A stretch of 64,000 bases of DNA from Eledone cirrhosa. Taxonomy: Eukaryota. The notes beneath the pieces were generated by a model that was not told the DNA's origin, did no database searches, and saw nothing but the letters and a program-made list of their open reading frames with translations. The DNA is taken from contig OZ024744.1 of NCBI GenBank assembly GCA_964016885.1, positions 67,580,001-67,644,000 of the forward strand, in the 5' to 3' direction. Of this stretch, positions 63,396 to 64,000 are shown one piece after another (position 1 is the first letter of the stretch; every line of letters begins with the position of its first letter). The translations under genes and the position numbers were made by a program.

Positions 63396-63457
63396 ATATC
63401 TATCTCTGTATATATATATCTTGCACTAATCTATCTGTCTGTCCATATATCCATCTA

Positions 63458-63531
<74 letters not shown>

Positions 63532-63943
63532 CCAGTGTCATGATCAAACCGCCACCCTCCTTCAAAAACGAAGGAGAGGCGGTTTTCCTATGTGTTATGG
63601 CTATGGTGAAAGAGGTTATATGGTGGACGAGGTTAAAAGGGCTGAGGTCAGACACCTTTCTCTCCTGCGAACAACTGATTCGTTTTTTCAAATATCATTT
63701 TAGAAGAAGAATCAGGATGGAGAGAGAGGTGCTGTACCCCAGCAAGTTTTATAAAAGGTGGGTGAATGGGGCAAAGATGGCCCGAGTGGTTGGGCCTTCT
63801 CTCTATATAAGCCTGTAGGTTGAGGAAAAAGAGGAAGAGAGGAAGGGAGTACTCACTCTTGGTGCTCCTGGAGATGAGGGTTGTACATTTTTTCGGGGAG
63901 TGTACAACCCCTGTGTAACGCCTCCCCCTATTGGGGATTTCAA
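63532..63943 (+). mobile_element. Tx1 5'-truncated copy 4 (3' end interrupted)
   Basis: IKPPPSFKNEGEAVFLC..GPSLYISL, preceded by (TATC)n. Confidence 0.85.
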
Positions 63944-64000
63944 ACCGTTTCGACGGCTATTTCTGTCCAGAAATAGCTGTCGAAACGGCTTGAGCTCTGC

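Overview
AT-rich, microsatellite-dense eukaryotic DNA, most likely intronic or intergenic sequence of an invertebrate (the repeat families suggest a cephalopod such as octopus; this is inference). No intact host gene is visible, and there is only one weak candidate micro-exon. The window is a mosaic of retroelements: a near-complete Penelope-like element (PLE) with direct and inverted pseudo-LTRs (4708-9480), a long RTE LINE (22809-26164), a full-length Tx1/L1-clade LINE followed by three truncated relatives in (TATC)n (56001-63943), and fragments of CR1, Dong/R4, CRE-like and other RTE/PLE families. It also holds tRNA-derived SINEs, hAT/Tc1/piggyBac-type MITEs and a 5.2-kb (AACCACAC)n satellite. 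At least nine minimal type I hammerhead ribozyme motifs lie in PLE-derived repeats. The most novel signal is a non-coding element family in (TA)n tracts (2933-3578 and the 513-bp tandem at 14169-15046). It carries all hammerhead core segments (CUGAUGA, GAAA, UA) in a scrambled, pseudoknotted order. Its predicted helices show compensatory changes between the two diverged subfamilies, making it a candidate new ribozyme topology in a retrozyme-like element.
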